The translations under genes and the position numbers were made by a program. A stretch of DNA of 64,000 nt from Octopus sinensis (Eukaryota): NCBI RefSeq assembly GCF_006345805.1, contig NC_042997.1:193874001-193938000 (forward strand). Reading direction: 5' to 3'. Below the pieces are notes generated by a model, which worked only from the letters and a program-made list of their open reading frames with translations, was not told the DNA's origin and searched no databases. Shown one piece after another: positions 63,097 through 64,000 of this stretch. How positions within the stretch are numbered: position 1 is the stretch's first letter; each line of letters begins with the position of its first letter.

Positions 63097-64000
63097 GTAA
63101 GATTACCTGTTGGCTTTTTAAAATTTTGTTTTTGCTTTCTTGTTGGATTTTTTTCCCTCTTATGCTAATTATTCTAGCTGAAGGAGCTCTATGTGGTCAC
63201 TTGTCCTGCTAAAAATAACAGCCACATCTCCGGCAAGCCAAACAAGACCATAACCTCGTGGCCTATTCCAGGGGCGTAACCAGCCCACTTAAGCGTGCCT
63301 TTTCCTTCTTTGGACACTAAACTCTGCTTGCGAAGACCTGTTGAGGCAAGTGAAATCAAAATCAAATTCGATGACTGGCATCTGTGCTAGCTGGGTGCAA
63401 AGAGCAGCATCTGAGCGTGATCGTTGAAAGAGCAGCTAACCAGCTGCCGTGCCAGTGGCACATAAAAGGCACCATTCGAGTGTGATCGTTACCAGTGTCG
63501 CCTTACTGGCACTTGAGCCCTGTGCTAGTAGGGTGCTAAGAGCATCATCCGAGCATGATCGTTGCCAGAGCGGCTAACTGGCTTCCACGCCGGTGGTACA
63601 TAAAAGGCACCATTTGAGCATGATTGTTACCAGCATCGCCTTACTGGTACCTATGCCGGTGGCATGTGTAAAAAGATTCAAGCGAGGTCGTTGCCAGTAC
63701 CACCTGATTGGTCCCCATGCCGGTGGCACGTAAAAGCACCCACTACACTCTTGGAGTAGTTGGCATTAGGAAGGGCATCCAGCTGTAGAAACTATGCCAG
63801 ATCAGATTGGAGCCTGGTGCAGCCATCTGGTTCGCCAGTCCTCAGTCAAACCATTCAACCCATGCCAGCATGGAAAGTGGACGTCTTATTCTTTGTAAGC
63901 CTAGTACTTATTGATGATGATGATGGAGTTTTGATGAAGATCATGTCATTGTTCAACATCTTATTTGACAACTGGAAAGATATTATGGGAAAACAACAGG

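Overview
Repeat-rich animal genomic DNA; the SINE/LINE families and (TA)n/(CATA)n content look octopus/cephalopod-like (inference). Bases ~1-34,000 are intergenic: Penelope-like elements (PLEs), tRNA-derived SINEs (many multimerised), Tc1/mariner/maT relics, Helitrons, MITEs, a Tx1-like LINE end and one intact tRNA-Cys(GCA). From 35,245 to the window end lies the 5' part of a SART3 (p110/Tip110/Prp24-like) gene on +. I could assemble 16 GT-AG exons into one continuous frame (1,930 nt, ~643 codons); the gene runs off the window. Its introns are packed with RTE 3' ends. The most unusual signal is a set of type I hammerhead ribozyme (HHR) motifs from at least five unrelated sequence families. The centrepiece (5395-7190) is a ~484-bp, highly structured, non-coding unit with one HHR per unit, arranged as two tandem copies on - and two on +; this resembles a retrozyme/viroid-like circular-RNA-producing repeat. 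Two further HHR-bearing fold-back palindromes lie inside SART3 introns. All alignments and folds were done by eye; no software or database was run.
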